From assembly GCA_041660605.1 (NCBI GenBank), contig JBAZWB010000001.1, positions 393,295-457,294 on the forward strand: a DNA stretch of 64,000 bases, read 5' to 3'. Each line of letters opens with the position of its first letter. Within the stretch, counting starts at the first letter, position 1. Position numbers and translations under genes: made by a program. This document shows positions 31,823 to 41,170 of the stretch, in pieces. The notes under the pieces were generated by a model that worked only from the letters and a program-made list of their open reading frames with translations, ran no database searches and had not been told where the DNA came from. This DNA comes from Patescibacteria group bacterium. GTDB taxonomy: Bacteria; Patescibacteriota; Patescibacteriia; UBA10025; JAHIVO01.

Positions 31823-31905
31823 TCATCAATTCATAATTTAAAATGCATAATGTATAATTGTTAGAATTATACATTATAAATTATTCATTATATATTTTAA
31901 AAAAA

Positions 31906-32331
31906 ATGGCAGAGAAAAAAATTAAAACAATCGTAAAATTACAGTTACCCGGCGGAAAAGCCACCCCGGCTCCTCCAGTAGGCCCGGCTTTAGGCCAGCA
32001 CGGTCTGAATATCCAGGATTTTTGCATGAAATTCAACGCGGCGACTAAAGACAAAATGGGCGACATTATTCCCGCTGAAATAACGATTTTTGAGGATCGG
32101 ACCTATAAATTTATTTTGAAAACTCCGCCAGCCGCCGAATTGCTGAAAAAAGCAGCGGGCATCCCTAAAGGTTCCGGCCAGCCATTGAAAGAGAAAGTCG
32201 GCAAGGTCACCAAGCAGCAGATCAGGGAAATCGCGGAAAAGAAAATGCCGGATCTGAATGCCAAAGACATTGAAGGGGCGATGAGGATAATCGAAGGTAC
32301 AGCCAGAAATATGGGGATTACTGTTGAGTAA
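31906..32331 (+). CDS. rplK: 50S ribosomal protein L11
   Basis: [24 protein letters not shown]; start at MAEKK (the listed ORF extends 16 codons upstream). Confidence 0.9.
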   Translation: MAEKKIKTIVKLQLPGGKATPAPPVGPALGQHGLNIQDFCMKFNAATKDKMGDIIPAEITIFEDRTYKFILKTPPAAELLKKAAGIPKGSGQPLKEKVGKVTKQQIREIAEKKMPDLNAKDIEGAMRIIEGTARNMGITVE

Positions 32332-32344
32332 TTAGCCGCTGTCT

Positions 32345-33328
32345 ATGGTTTCATTAATAATCCCATTATTCGTTTTAGCGATAATAGTATTTGTTATCGT
32401 AGCTATGATGGCAGGGAAATCAAATATGCAAAAAACAAGCGTTATCCGGAGTGTTTATTTTTATTTAGCCTCGCTGGTAACTTTGGGCATTACAATCGGC
32501 TCACTGATTTTTTTAGTCAATCTGGGCCTGAAAACTTGGGTTTTTACCCAGGCTGAATCTTTGGATTTCCGGCTGGGGCAGCCGCCAATTTTGTATCTTG
32601 ATACCACTGCGACCGATGCCAGCGCTACCACAAAGCCGTTGGCGCTCGGACCGACTGTTTTGGATTGTAAGGACGGCTGCACGCTTTCTGAAATTCAAAA
32701 AGCCAGCATTGAACAGTGGGTGGGAAATTATAAGTCCTGGCTTAAGATCAAAGACAATCCCAACAGCGTCCCTCTGCGCAAAGCTATCAATGGTTTTTCT
32801 TTTTTGATAGTGGCGCTCCCGATTTTTATAATCCATTTTCGCCTGGTGCAGAAAGAAGCCAAACGGGACAATCCAGCCGGGCATAATCCGGTCAGGCCGG
32901 CGTATTTTTATTTTGTCTCCCTGGCGGCACTGGTCATGACGGTTGTTTCAGCCGGCATTTTAATTAACGTAGCCCTGAAAACCTGGGTGTTCCCCAGCGC
33001 GGCCGATACAGCCAATAATTTATTTAACCCGATGGTTGAAGATCCTTACAGCAAAGCCTCTGTTCAGAGCGTGGTTGATTGCGGAGAATCCTGCAAATTA
33101 CCGGCCGAGACCATTACTTTAGCCAAACAATGGATTATTGATTATAGTAATTGGAGTAAGGCTATTTCCAAAGGCAATAATACCTCCCAGCAGCAAGTGG
33201 CGGTTACCATCCCCTTTATTTTATTTGGCGTTCCGTTATTCTGGTATCATTGGTCTGTTGCCAGGAAAGAATCTAAAGACAGGAAAGAAGAAGGCCAGTT
33301 ACTGGACGAAAAAGAGAAAAAAATGTAA
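32345..33328 (+). CDS. Polytopic membrane protein with an internal tandem duplication, inserted between rplK and rplA
   Basis: Two homologous halves (LKTWVF...DCxxxC...W...S/NWxK...RKE/SK) separated by TM helices. Confidence 0.55.
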   Translation: MVSLIIPLFVLAIIVFVIVAMMAGKSNMQKTSVIRSVYFYLASLVTLGITIGSLIFLVNLGLKTWVFTQAESLDFRLGQPPILYLDTTATDASATTKPLALGPTVLDCKDGCTLSEIQKASIEQWVGNYKSWLKIKDNPNSVPLRKAINGFSFLIVALPIFIIHFRLVQKEAKRDNPAGHNPVRPAYFYFVSLAALVMTVVSAGILINVALKTWVFPSAADTANNLFNPMVEDPYSKASVQSVVDCGESCKLPAETITLAKQWIIDYSNWSKAISKGNNTSQQQVAVTIPFILFGVPLFWYHWSVARKESKDRKEEGQLLDEKEKKM

Positions 33329-33403
33329 TATATATTAGCTAATTAATTTGTGGGAGTTCCGGCTTAGTCACCGGAACGCTAGCACCACGAAAGGAATAAA
33401 ATA

Positions 33404-34087
33404 ATGAGTAAACAATCGAAACGCTTCACGGAAGCAAAAAAAATGGTAGAGCCCAACAAGGTTTATACAGCCGCTGAGGCTGTCGTTTTAGCTAAAAAAA
33501 CCGCTAATGTTAAGTTCGATGCCGGGCTGGAGGTCCACCTGCGCCTGGGCATTGATCCGAAAAAGGCTGATCAGGTAGTGCGCGGTTCGGTCGTCCTGCC
33601 CCACGGTACCGGGAAAAAGAAAAAAATCGCCGTTTTTGCCGAGGGCAAAGATCAGGAGCTGGCCAAGAAAGCCGGCGCATTTTTAGTAGGCGGCGACGAA
33701 TTAATAGAGGAAATCAAGAAAACCAAGAAGTGCGATTTTGAAATTGCCCTGGCTACTCCGGCGATGATGAAGAAAATGGGGCAAATTGCCAAGATTTTAG
33801 GGCCTAAAGGCCTGATGCCTAATCCCCGCAGTGAAACGGTGGTAAAAGATGTGGCCAAAGGCGTAAAAGAGCTTGGAGAAGGCAAGGTGACCTTCCGCAG
33901 CGACGATTCTGGCAATCTGCACCAGCTGATCGGCAAGGCTTCTTATGAGGATAAAAAATTACAGGAAAATTTGCAAACTTACATTGAAGCAATCAGAAAA
34001 GCCAAGCCCTCCGGCGTTAAAGCCACTTATATAAAAAGCATCACAGTCTGCTCAACCATGGGGCCGGGAATCAAGGTAAATTTATAA
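33404..34087 (+). CDS. rplA: 50S ribosomal protein L1
   Basis: Conserved L1 sequence over the full length. Confidence 0.9.
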   Translation: MSKQSKRFTEAKKMVEPNKVYTAAEAVVLAKKTANVKFDAGLEVHLRLGIDPKKADQVVRGSVVLPHGTGKKKKIAVFAEGKDQELAKKAGAFLVGGDELIEEIKKTKKCDFEIALATPAMMKKMGQIAKILGPKGLMPNPRSETVVKDVAKGVKELGEGKVTFRSDDSGNLHQLIGKASYEDKKLQENLQTYIEAIRKAKPSGVKATYIKSITVCSTMGPGIKVNL

Positions 34088-34166
34088 TTCAAAATGTATA
34101 ATTTATAATTAAATATAGCCAGTAGTTGCTATCTCATTATATATTAATCATTATACATTAATTAAT

Positions 34167-34634
34167 ATGCCAAAAAGAACAGATTATATTTCCTGGGATG
34201 AATGTTTTATGCGCATGGCTCATGTCATTGCCGATCGTTCAAAAGACCCGAGTACGCAGGCAGGAGCAGTGGTTGTCAATGAAGAGAATATCATCATTGG
34301 CCTTGGCTATAACGGCTTTCCGCGCGGCATTGACGATGAGGATTTGCCGTGGGTGCGACAGGGCGATTTTCTAGACACCAAATACGCCTACGTAGTGCAC
34401 GCCGAGGAAAACGCCATTTACAACTCCAACGCCAAAACAAAAGGCTGTAAGATTTATACTTCACTTTTCCCCTGCAACGAATGCGCGAAAACCATCATCC
34501 AGAACGGCATCAAGGAGATCGTCTTTGAGAGCGACAAATACCATGACGAGGAAGTCTGGGTGGCTTCCCGGAAAATGCTGGATATGGCCGGCATTAAATA
34601 CCGCCAGTATAAGTCTAAGTGGGCCAAGGATTAA
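34167..34634 (+). CDS. dCMP deaminase (ComEB-like cytidine/deoxycytidylate deaminase)
   Basis: HAEENAI and PCNECAK zinc-binding motifs. Confidence 0.8.
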   Translation: MPKRTDYISWDECFMRMAHVIADRSKDPSTQAGAVVVNEENIIIGLGYNGFPRGIDDEDLPWVRQGDFLDTKYAYVVHAEENAIYNSNAKTKGCKIYTSLFPCNECAKTIIQNGIKEIVFESDKYHDEEVWVASRKMLDMAGIKYRQYKSKWAKD

Positions 34635-34637
34635 ATT

Positions 34638-35060
34638 ATGCAGGTAAAAATTAAATTGCTCCGGCCGGAAGCTAAGCTCCCCGTTTACAGCCGGGCCGGG
34701 GACGCTGGTTTGGATTTGTATTCATGCGAAGATTATATTTTGCAGGCAGGCGAACGTCACAAGTTCGGTTTGGGTTTTATTTTAGAATTACCGGCTGGAC
34801 ATGTCGCCCTTATTTGGGATCGCGGCGGTATGGCGGCTAATCACGGCATTCATACTCTAGCCGGGGTAGTGGACAGCAATTATCGTGGCGAGGTGAACGC
34901 CATTCTCCTGAATACCTCTGCTGAGCCTTATGTCATTAAAACAGGCGATCGCATTGCCCAGCTGCTTATTCAGGAGCATAACACAGTAGAATTTCAAGAA
35001 GTAGACAAGCTAACTGATACGGAACGCGGTGAAGGGGCATGGTTTTCCAGCGGGAGATGA
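34638..35060 (+). CDS. dut: dUTP diphosphatase
   Basis: RAGDAGLDL and VDSNYRGEV dUTPase motifs. Confidence 0.85.
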   Translation: MQVKIKLLRPEAKLPVYSRAGDAGLDLYSCEDYILQAGERHKFGLGFILELPAGHVALIWDRGGMAANHGIHTLAGVVDSNYRGEVNAILLNTSAEPYVIKTGDRIAQLLIQEHNTVEFQEVDKLTDTERGEGAWFSSGR

Positions 35061-35081
35061 TTTACTTTTCTTGGTATTTAA

Positions 35082-35230
35082 AAGGTGCGCCGCCCTCTCA
35101 CTGTCATTCTGAGGAGCCCCGAAAGAAGTGAGGGAGCGACGTGAGAATCTCCTTACTCTCGGCATAGAGATTGCCACGTCACTCGCTACGCTTGTTTCTC
35201 GCAATGACAAGATTGTAGGGCGGTGCATTC
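35082..35230 (+). ncRNA. Candidate structured RNA or cis-regulatory element in the 197-nt dut/NDT-like spacer
   Basis: Long-range closing helix gtgcgccgccc / gggcggtgc enclosing at least one 12/14-bp hairpin (gacgtgagaatctc / gagattgccacgtc). Confidence 0.3.
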
Positions 35231-35257
35231 CATGTGATTATTTAAGTTTTTAATATT

Positions 35258-35653
35258 ATGAAATTATTCTTAACTTCCACCCTGCATAATGATTGGAATT
35301 TGAAATTCAATCCGAAGCTGACGGCAGCCTTGGAATCACGCGGATTTACCGTGCACATGCCCCAGCGGGATACTGACCAGCGGGCTCCGGAAGCCGAGCG
35401 GGTCCGGCAGAACATGGAAGCGGTTAAAAAAGCCGATGCCTGCGTCATTGTTCTGGAGAATCAATCCATGAATTTAGCGGCAGAAACCGGGTATGCTTAT
35501 GGAACCGGCCGGCCGACGATCGCGCTGGTTAAAAAAGGGGAATTTATCCACTGGATGCTGAGAGGCATGTTAAATGTTATAATTGAGGTAGAAGATATTG
35601 CTGACATTGATGCCTATATTGGGCAGCTGGAAAAAGCCTTAAAAGAAAGCTAA
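35258..35653 (+). CDS. Nucleoside 2-deoxyribosyltransferase-like protein (NDT/DNPH1-Rcl fold)
   Basis: ADACVIVLEN...AAETGYAYGTGRPTIALV matches the NDT-family core, including a Glu nucleophile candidate. Confidence 0.5.
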   Translation: MKLFLTSTLHNDWNLKFNPKLTAALESRGFTVHMPQRDTDQRAPEAERVRQNMEAVKKADACVIVLENQSMNLAAETGYAYGTGRPTIALVKKGEFIHWMLRGMLNVIIEVEDIADIDAYIGQLEKALKES

Positions 35654-35654
35654 T

Positions 35655-36197
35655 ATGAAGAATGTTGAGTTAAAAGTTAAAGTTGATAATTTTAACAAGG
35701 TTAATAGCAGTTTGAAAAACATCAAGGCCAAGTTCCAGCAGACATTAAAGCAAATAGACACCTATTTTCACCCTGCGGGTGATCCCCCGAAGGGGGATAA
35801 TTTACCAGACGCCCGGTTTAAGCTGAGAGAAATTAATAACAGGACTTTTGAATTAATTTATTACCGCCGGCCTGATCATGAAAAATCAAAAGTTTCTGAT
35901 TTTTCCGTTTTACAATTAGACAGAAAAATAGCCAGACAAATGAAAAATTATTTTAAAGCTACGCTTGGCGTTAAGGTAATAGTTAAGAAAGTACGCAGGT
36001 TTTGGCTTTATAAGCATACGAGAATTTTATTGGATGAAGTAAGTAACCTCGGCAAATTTTTAGAATTAGAAACGGTTGTTAAGGGCATTAGTTTATCGGC
36101 AGCCAAAAAAGAGCAACTGTCGGTAATTCAAGAACTGGGGCTTAATAAGTATAAAAAAATCGCCAGATCATACAGCGATTTATTATTAAAAAAATGA
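35655..36197 (+). CDS. CYTH-domain protein (triphosphate tunnel metalloenzyme, class IV adenylyl-cyclase-like)
   Basis: N-terminal ExExK-type motif (VELKVKV) and C-terminal ELE motif (FLELETVV); 180 aa. Confidence 0.55.
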   Translation: MKNVELKVKVDNFNKVNSSLKNIKAKFQQTLKQIDTYFHPAGDPPKGDNLPDARFKLREINNRTFELIYYRRPDHEKSKVSDFSVLQLDRKIARQMKNYFKATLGVKVIVKKVRRFWLYKHTRILLDEVSNLGKFLELETVVKGISLSAAKKEQLSVIQELGLNKYKKIARSYSDLLLKK

Positions 36198-37006
36198 AAA
36201 ACTATTTAAATTTATTACAAGACATTCTAGACCACGGCACGGATAAGGCCGACCGGACCGGCACCGGCACCAGAAGCCTTTTTGGCCGGCAGATGCGGTT
36301 TAATCTGAGCCAGGGATTTCCCCTGGTGACGACCAAAAAAGTGCACCTGAAGTCCATTATGTACGAATTATTGTGGTTCCTGAAAGGGGACACAAATATT
36401 AAGTATCTGAATGACAATGGCGTGCATATCTGGGATGAATGGGCAGATGAGCACGGCGATCTCGGGCCGATTTACGGCAAGCAATGGACGTCCTGGGAAG
36501 GCAAGGATGGGAAAACTATTAACCAAATCGCCGAGGTGCAGGAGATGATCCGCACCAACCCTGATTCCAGGCGCATCATAGTTTCCGGTTGGAATGTGGC
36601 TGATCTGCAGAGTCTTATTGCCGGCAAAAAAACCGCTCCGCCGCCCTGCCATACAATGTTCCAGTTTTACATTGCCAATAATAAATTATCCTGCCAGCTT
36701 TACCAGCGCAGTGCCGATGTCTTCCTGGGTGTGCCGTTTAACATCGCTTCATATTCGCTTCTGACCATGATGATGGCGCAGGTAACAGGCAAGGAGTTGG
36801 GCGATTTTGTGCATACTTTCGGTGACGTGCATATTTATAATAACCATTTTGACCAGGTGAAATTGCAGCTCACCAGGGAACCTCGTCCTCTGCCAACAAT
36901 GAAGATTAATCTGAAAGTGAAAGACATTTTTAGTTTTAAATTTGAAGATTTTACTTTAGAAGATTATGATCCGCATCCGCGCATCAAAGCGCCGATAGCC
37001 ATTTAA
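36194..37006 (+). CDS. thyA: Thymidylate synthase (ThyA type)
   Basis: [15 protein letters not shown] active-site Cys, DVHIY motifs. Confidence 0.95.
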   Translation: MKNYLNLLQDILDHGTDKADRTGTGTRSLFGRQMRFNLSQGFPLVTTKKVHLKSIMYELLWFLKGDTNIKYLNDNGVHIWDEWADEHGDLGPIYGKQWTSWEGKDGKTINQIAEVQEMIRTNPDSRRIIVSGWNVADLQSLIAGKKTAPPPCHTMFQFYIANNKLSCQLYQRSADVFLGVPFNIASYSLLTMMMAQVTGKELGDFVHTFGDVHIYNNHFDQVKLQLTREPRPLPTMKINLKVKDIFSFKFEDFTLEDYDPHPRIKAPIAI

Positions 37007-37011
37007 TTACC

Positions 37012-37506
37012 ATGAATAAGCCTATCATCAGTACAATTGTTGCAGTAGCTGAGAAAAATCGTGCCATCGGATTTAAAAATAAGTTGCTCTGGCATATTCC
37101 CGAGGATTTGCAGCGATTTAAAAAAATAACCCGCGGCCATCCGGTTATCATGGGGCAGACGACTTTTGAGTCCATCGGCAAACCGCTGCCGGAGAGAACT
37201 AATATCGTTATGACACTGGACAAGAATTTCAAGGCAGCAGGCGTGACAATCTGCTATTCTCTAGACGAGGCGATTGCTGAAGCTTCAAAACATGATCAAG
37301 GGGAGATATTTTTCTGCGGCGGAGCGACTATTTACAGGCTTGCTTTACCGTTGACTGACAGGCTTTATGTCACCGTAGTGAAAGGCGAGTATGAGGCAGA
37401 TACGTTTTTTCCGGATTATTCTGAATTTACCAAGATTATCAGCCGCCAGGAGAGCCGAGACGATAAGCATGAGTACACCTTTTTTATCTTAGAAAAAAGC
37501 ATATGA
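37012..37506 (+). CDS. folA: Dihydrofolate reductase
   Basis: IVAVAEKNRAIG...LLW and VIMGQTTFESIG DHFR motifs. Confidence 0.9.
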   Translation: MNKPIISTIVAVAEKNRAIGFKNKLLWHIPEDLQRFKKITRGHPVIMGQTTFESIGKPLPERTNIVMTLDKNFKAAGVTICYSLDEAIAEASKHDQGEIFFCGGATIYRLALPLTDRLYVTVVKGEYEADTFFPDYSEFTKIISRQESRDDKHEYTFFILEKSI

Positions 37507-38168
37507 AAAAGAAAATAGGAAAATTGATTGTTTTTGACGCCATTGATGGCGCGGGCAAGACCACGCAGGTAAAGTTATTATTAAACCATTTGCGCCGCGA
37601 AAAGATAAAATACTATCTCACTGATTTTCCGCAGTATGAAAAATCTTTTTTCGGCAAGATGGTCAGGCAGTATTTGCAGGGTGCTTTTGGCGAAGTGGGC
37701 AAGACAGATCCGCATTTAATTTCCCTGCTCTACGCGCTGGACCGTTTTGAAGCTAAGAAAAGGATGTGGAAAATCTTGAAATCAGGCAGGGTGATTGTTT
37801 CTGACCGTTATTCTCCGGCCAATAAAATTCATCAGGCTTCAAAAATAAAAAATATCCGCAGGAAAGATGAATTTTTGGATTGGCTGGATAAGGTGGAATT
37901 TGGTATTTTAGGGATCCCTCGGCCCGATCTAGTGCTGTTTCTGGACGTACCGCCGAAAATTACGATGGCTATGACAGCGCGTCGCGGCAAGCAGGATTTG
38001 CACGAATCAAGCCTACGGCATCAGCAGGCAGCTTATCAGGAAAGCCTGAGATTGGTAAATAAATATAGCGCCTGGAAAAAGATTGAATGCCTGAGTCACG
38101 GCAATTTGCTCTCACCTGAAAAAATTCATGAGCGCGTCTGGGCTGAGGTAAAAAAGGTAAGTAAATAA
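37503..38168 (+). CDS. tmk: Thymidylate kinase
   Basis: P-loop DAIDGAGKTTQ, DRY motif; overlaps folA by 4 nt. Confidence 0.9.
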   Translation: MKKKIGKLIVFDAIDGAGKTTQVKLLLNHLRREKIKYYLTDFPQYEKSFFGKMVRQYLQGAFGEVGKTDPHLISLLYALDRFEAKKRMWKILKSGRVIVSDRYSPANKIHQASKIKNIRRKDEFLDWLDKVEFGILGIPRPDLVLFLDVPPKITMAMTARRGKQDLHESSLRHQQAAYQESLRLVNKYSAWKKIECLSHGNLLSPEKIHERVWAEVKKVSK

Positions 38169-38261
38169 AAATTTATATATTAAAAAACTGGCAGGCGAAT
38201 TGCTCAGGTTATGGCGTTTTAAGCGCTTTTTTTATTGATTTGACTGTGATAAAATAAATAT

Positions 38262-39812
38262 ATGCAACAATATGAACCAGTCATAGGTTTAGAAATACAT
38301 GTCCAGCTCAAAACTAAGAGCAAGATGTTTTGCAGTTGCGATAACACCGGAGAAACAAAACCTCCCAACACCACGATCTGCCCGATTTGTCTGGGGCACC
38401 CGGGGGTTTTGCCGGTAGTTAATATGCAGGCGGTCCAGTGGGCTCTCCAGGCTGCCCAGGCTTTGTATTGCCAGATCAATCTCAAATCGCATTTTGACCG
38501 CAAGAGCTATTTTTATCCGGATCTGCCAAAAGGCTACCAGATTACCCAGCATAGCGCGCCTTTTGGGCACGACGGCCATTTAATAGTTAACGGGCGGACT
38601 GGCAAGCACCGTATACGCATTGAACGGGTGCATCTGGAAGAGGATACCGGCAAACTTCTGCACGAGGCGGATAAAAGAGCCAGCTACGTGGATTATAACC
38701 GGGCAGGTACGCCGCTTCTGGAAATAGTCACCCGGCCTGACGTGCCAGATCCTCAGACAGCCAGGATTTTTTTGCAGGAACTGCGATTGATTATGCGCTA
38801 TTTGGGAATTTCCGACGCGGATATGGAGAAAGGGCATTTACGCTGCGACGCCAATATTTCCCTGCGCCCGAATCCTGAATATTTTTTGGACAAAGCTGAT
38901 CAGGCCGGCATCGGCTTGGATCCTCATAAATTATATCCTAAAACAGAAATAAAAAACTTAAATTCCTTCCGTTCCGTGGAAAAAGCGCTGTCCTACGAAA
39001 TTACCAAGCAGACAGAACTTTGGGAAAAAGAAAAAGCGCCGCAGGAGCAATCCACCCACGGCTGGGATGAAAAACAAGGCCAGACTGTGCTGCAGAGGAC
39101 TAAGGAAGAAAAGCATGACTACCGTTATTTTCCTGAGCCTGATTTGCCGGGTTTTGATTTTTCAAAAAGTTTCATTGATGAAATCAGAAAAAAAACAGTA
39201 GAACAACCATATGAGAAACGCCAACGATTTCAGGAGGAGTTCGGCCTGGGCGCTTATGACGTGAATATCCTGGTGGCTGACAAAAAATTGTCGGAATTTT
39301 TTGAGCAGGTTATTTCAGAGCTGAAGGCCTGGTTACTGTCTTTGGAACAAGTCGAAGGGTCGGAGGAAGAAATTTGGAATAAGAATAAAAAAAAGCTGGT
39401 TAAGAAAGCGGCCAACTGGGTCATTACCAGATTATTGGCTTTAACTAACGAAAACGGTGTGAAAATTGCGGAGATTAAAATAACTCCGGAGAATTTTGCT
39501 GAATTAATCACCCTGATTTATCAGAACAAGCTTAATAATCAGACAGCGGTGATAGTGCTGGAGAAAATGTTTTTAACTGGCCAGGATCCCTCAGATATAA
39601 CGGAAGAGGGGGATTTAAACCAACTGACAGACGACAAAGGTTTGGAGCAAATCGCCGAAAAAGTCATAAAAGCGAATAAAAAAGTGGTTGAGCAATTCCA
39701 GGCTGGGAAAACCGCCTCCCTGCAGTATCTGATCGGCCAGGTGATGAAGCAATCAAAGGGCCGGGCAGACGCGAAGAAGGCGGCGGAGATTCTTACCTAC
39801 AAGCTGCAGTAG
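38262..39812 (+). CDS. gatB: Asp-tRNA(Asn)/Glu-tRNA(Gln) amidotransferase subunit B
   Basis: VIGLEIHVQL...CSC N-terminus and GatB/YqeY C-terminal domain. Confidence 0.9.
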   Translation: MQQYEPVIGLEIHVQLKTKSKMFCSCDNTGETKPPNTTICPICLGHPGVLPVVNMQAVQWALQAAQALYCQINLKSHFDRKSYFYPDLPKGYQITQHSAPFGHDGHLIVNGRTGKHRIRIERVHLEEDTGKLLHEADKRASYVDYNRAGTPLLEIVTRPDVPDPQTARIFLQELRLIMRYLGISDADMEKGHLRCDANISLRPNPEYFLDKADQAGIGLDPHKLYPKTEIKNLNSFRSVEKALSYEITKQTELWEKEKAPQEQSTHGWDEKQGQTVLQRTKEEKHDYRYFPEPDLPGFDFSKSFIDEIRKKTVEQPYEKRQRFQEEFGLGAYDVNILVADKKLSEFFEQVISELKAWLLSLEQVEGSEEEIWNKNKKKLVKKAANWVITRLLALTNENGVKIAEIKITPENFAELITLIYQNKLNNQTAVIVLEKMFLTGQDPSDITEEGDLNQLTDDKGLEQIAEKVIKANKKVVEQFQAGKTASLQYLIGQVMKQSKGRADAKKAAEILTYKLQ

Positions 39813-39969
39813 AAAATATTCAAGTTTTTATTTAGTATAATATTTATAACCGCGGTAGCGCCGCCAAATTTTTTTGAGATAAATTATTCATTGTGGATAA
39901 GTAAGTTTTTTATCTAATATTAGCCTATTTGACACTCACAATTTTTTAGAGTATCGTTAGTAGCAGAAT

Positions 39970-40092
39970 ATGAAAAATTTTTCAGTACAAGTCGTTCAAC
40001 CTGAAACGCTCGGCACTCACCAAGGCCCGGGAAATCCCGGGATTTTTTTTATCTCCAATTTTTTTAGCGGTATTACAATGGTGTATGAATAA
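39970..40092 (+). CDS. Candidate 40-aa leader peptide (MKNFSVQVVQPETLGTHQGPGNPGIFFISNFFSGITMVYE) spanning the attenuator and overlapping the carA start by 8 nt
   Basis: Small ORF read directly from the sequence; contains the terminator hairpin and U-tracts; ends 5 nt inside carA. Confidence 0.35.
   Translation: MKNFSVQVVQPETLGTHQGPGNPGIFFISNFFSGITMVYE
40024..40051 (+). terminator. Intrinsic terminator/attenuator immediately upstream of carA
   Basis: gcccggg-aaat-cccgggc-like hairpin followed by tttttttt. Confidence 0.65.
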
Positions 40093-41170
40093 TAGAAGAA
40101 CTACAAAAGCAACTCTATTACTTGAAGACGGATCACGGTACACTGGCCGGGTATTCGGCTGCAAAAAACAAAGCGTGGCAGGTGAAATTGTTTTTACTAC
40201 CGGCATGGTTGGCTATTCAGAATCATTGACTGACCCGTCATATCGCGGTCAAATTCTTGTTATGACTTATCCGCTAATCGGCAATTATGGGGTTGAATGT
40301 AGTCAGGCACAATCGCGTTCTTTGGACGAATCTTTTGAGTCAGAGAGAATCCAGGCCAGCGCGCTCATAGTATCATCGCAAATAACCAAACCCAGTCATT
40401 ATAAATCAGCGCGAAGTCTTGAGCAATGGCTGGCCAGCGAGAAAATAATTGGTCTAGAAGGGATTGACACTCGTTCATTAACGCAGCGGTTGCGTGAACA
40501 TGGCACTATGCTGGCAAAAATTATAATTGATGATAACGATATTCCCTGGTTTGATCCGAATAAACAAAATATAGTTGAGCAGGTAAGCAGTCCGCGGATA
40601 CGAAGATACGGTTCACGCGGGCCGCATGTTGTTGTTATTGATTGCGGAGCAAAGCGGGGAATCATCCGCGAGTTATGCCAGCGCTCCTGCCGCGTAACGA
40701 GAGTACCATGGAATTATCCAGTCAGTACCATGCGGGGGATTGACGGCGTAGTGGTCTCAAACGGACCTGGCAATCCGGTTTATGCTTCTGAAACGGTTGA
40801 TGAATTGAAGCGCCTTATCAAATTGCGGATTCCCCTCTGGGGAATCTGCCTGGGACACCAGCTGCTGGCAATGGCTTTGGGTGCGCGGACTTACAAACTC
40901 GCTTATGGACACCGCAGCCAAAACCAGCCAGTGATTGATATTAAATCAGGCCGTGCTTTCATCACCAGTCAAAATCATGGATTTGCGGTTAGGGAATCGA
41001 CTCTGCCCAGTTCAGCCAGGCCGTGGTTCAGAAACGGCAATGACGGAACAAATGAAGGATTTAAACACAGCACTCAGCCTATATGGGGCGTGCAATTTCA
41101 TCCTGAGGCTTCCCCCGGGCCGCGCGATACCGCGTTTTTGTTTGATGAATTTATTAATTTATTAAAATGA
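40085..41170 (+). CDS. carA: Carbamoyl-phosphate synthase small (glutamine amidotransferase) subunit
   Basis: GICLGHQ catalytic Cys and the GATase class-I triad region. Confidence 0.9.
   Translation: MNNRRTTKATLLLEDGSRYTGRVFGCKKQSVAGEIVFTTGMVGYSESLTDPSYRGQILVMTYPLIGNYGVECSQAQSRSLDESFESERIQASALIVSSQITKPSHYKSARSLEQWLASEKIIGLEGIDTRSLTQRLREHGTMLAKIIIDDNDIPWFDPNKQNIVEQVSSPRIRRYGSRGPHVVVIDCGAKRGIIRELCQRSCRVTRVPWNYPVSTMRGIDGVVVSNGPGNPVYASETVDELKRLIKLRIPLWGICLGHQLLAMALGARTYKLAYGHRSQNQPVIDIKSGRAFITSQNHGFAVRESTLPSSARPWFRNGNDGTNEGFKHSTQPIWGVQFHPEASPGPRDTAFLFDEFINLLK

Noticed and set aside
31838-31880. Perfect 12-bp inverted repeat TAATGTATAATT-gttag-AATTATACATTA upstream of rplK, with similar ATGTATAAT palindromes near rplA, thrS and maf
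   Set aside because: Noted as likely AT-rich promoter or terminator palindromes (TGTATAAT resembles an extended -10). Low-complexity AT-rich DNA makes chance palindromes common, so it was not promoted to a finding.
33340-33403. Hairpin gttccgg-cttagtca-ccggaac with flanking GGGAG and CUAGC upstream of rplA, as a possible L1 autoregulatory site
   Set aside because: I could not recall the L1-binding consensus reliably enough to claim it, and it may simply terminate the inserted membrane-protein gene.
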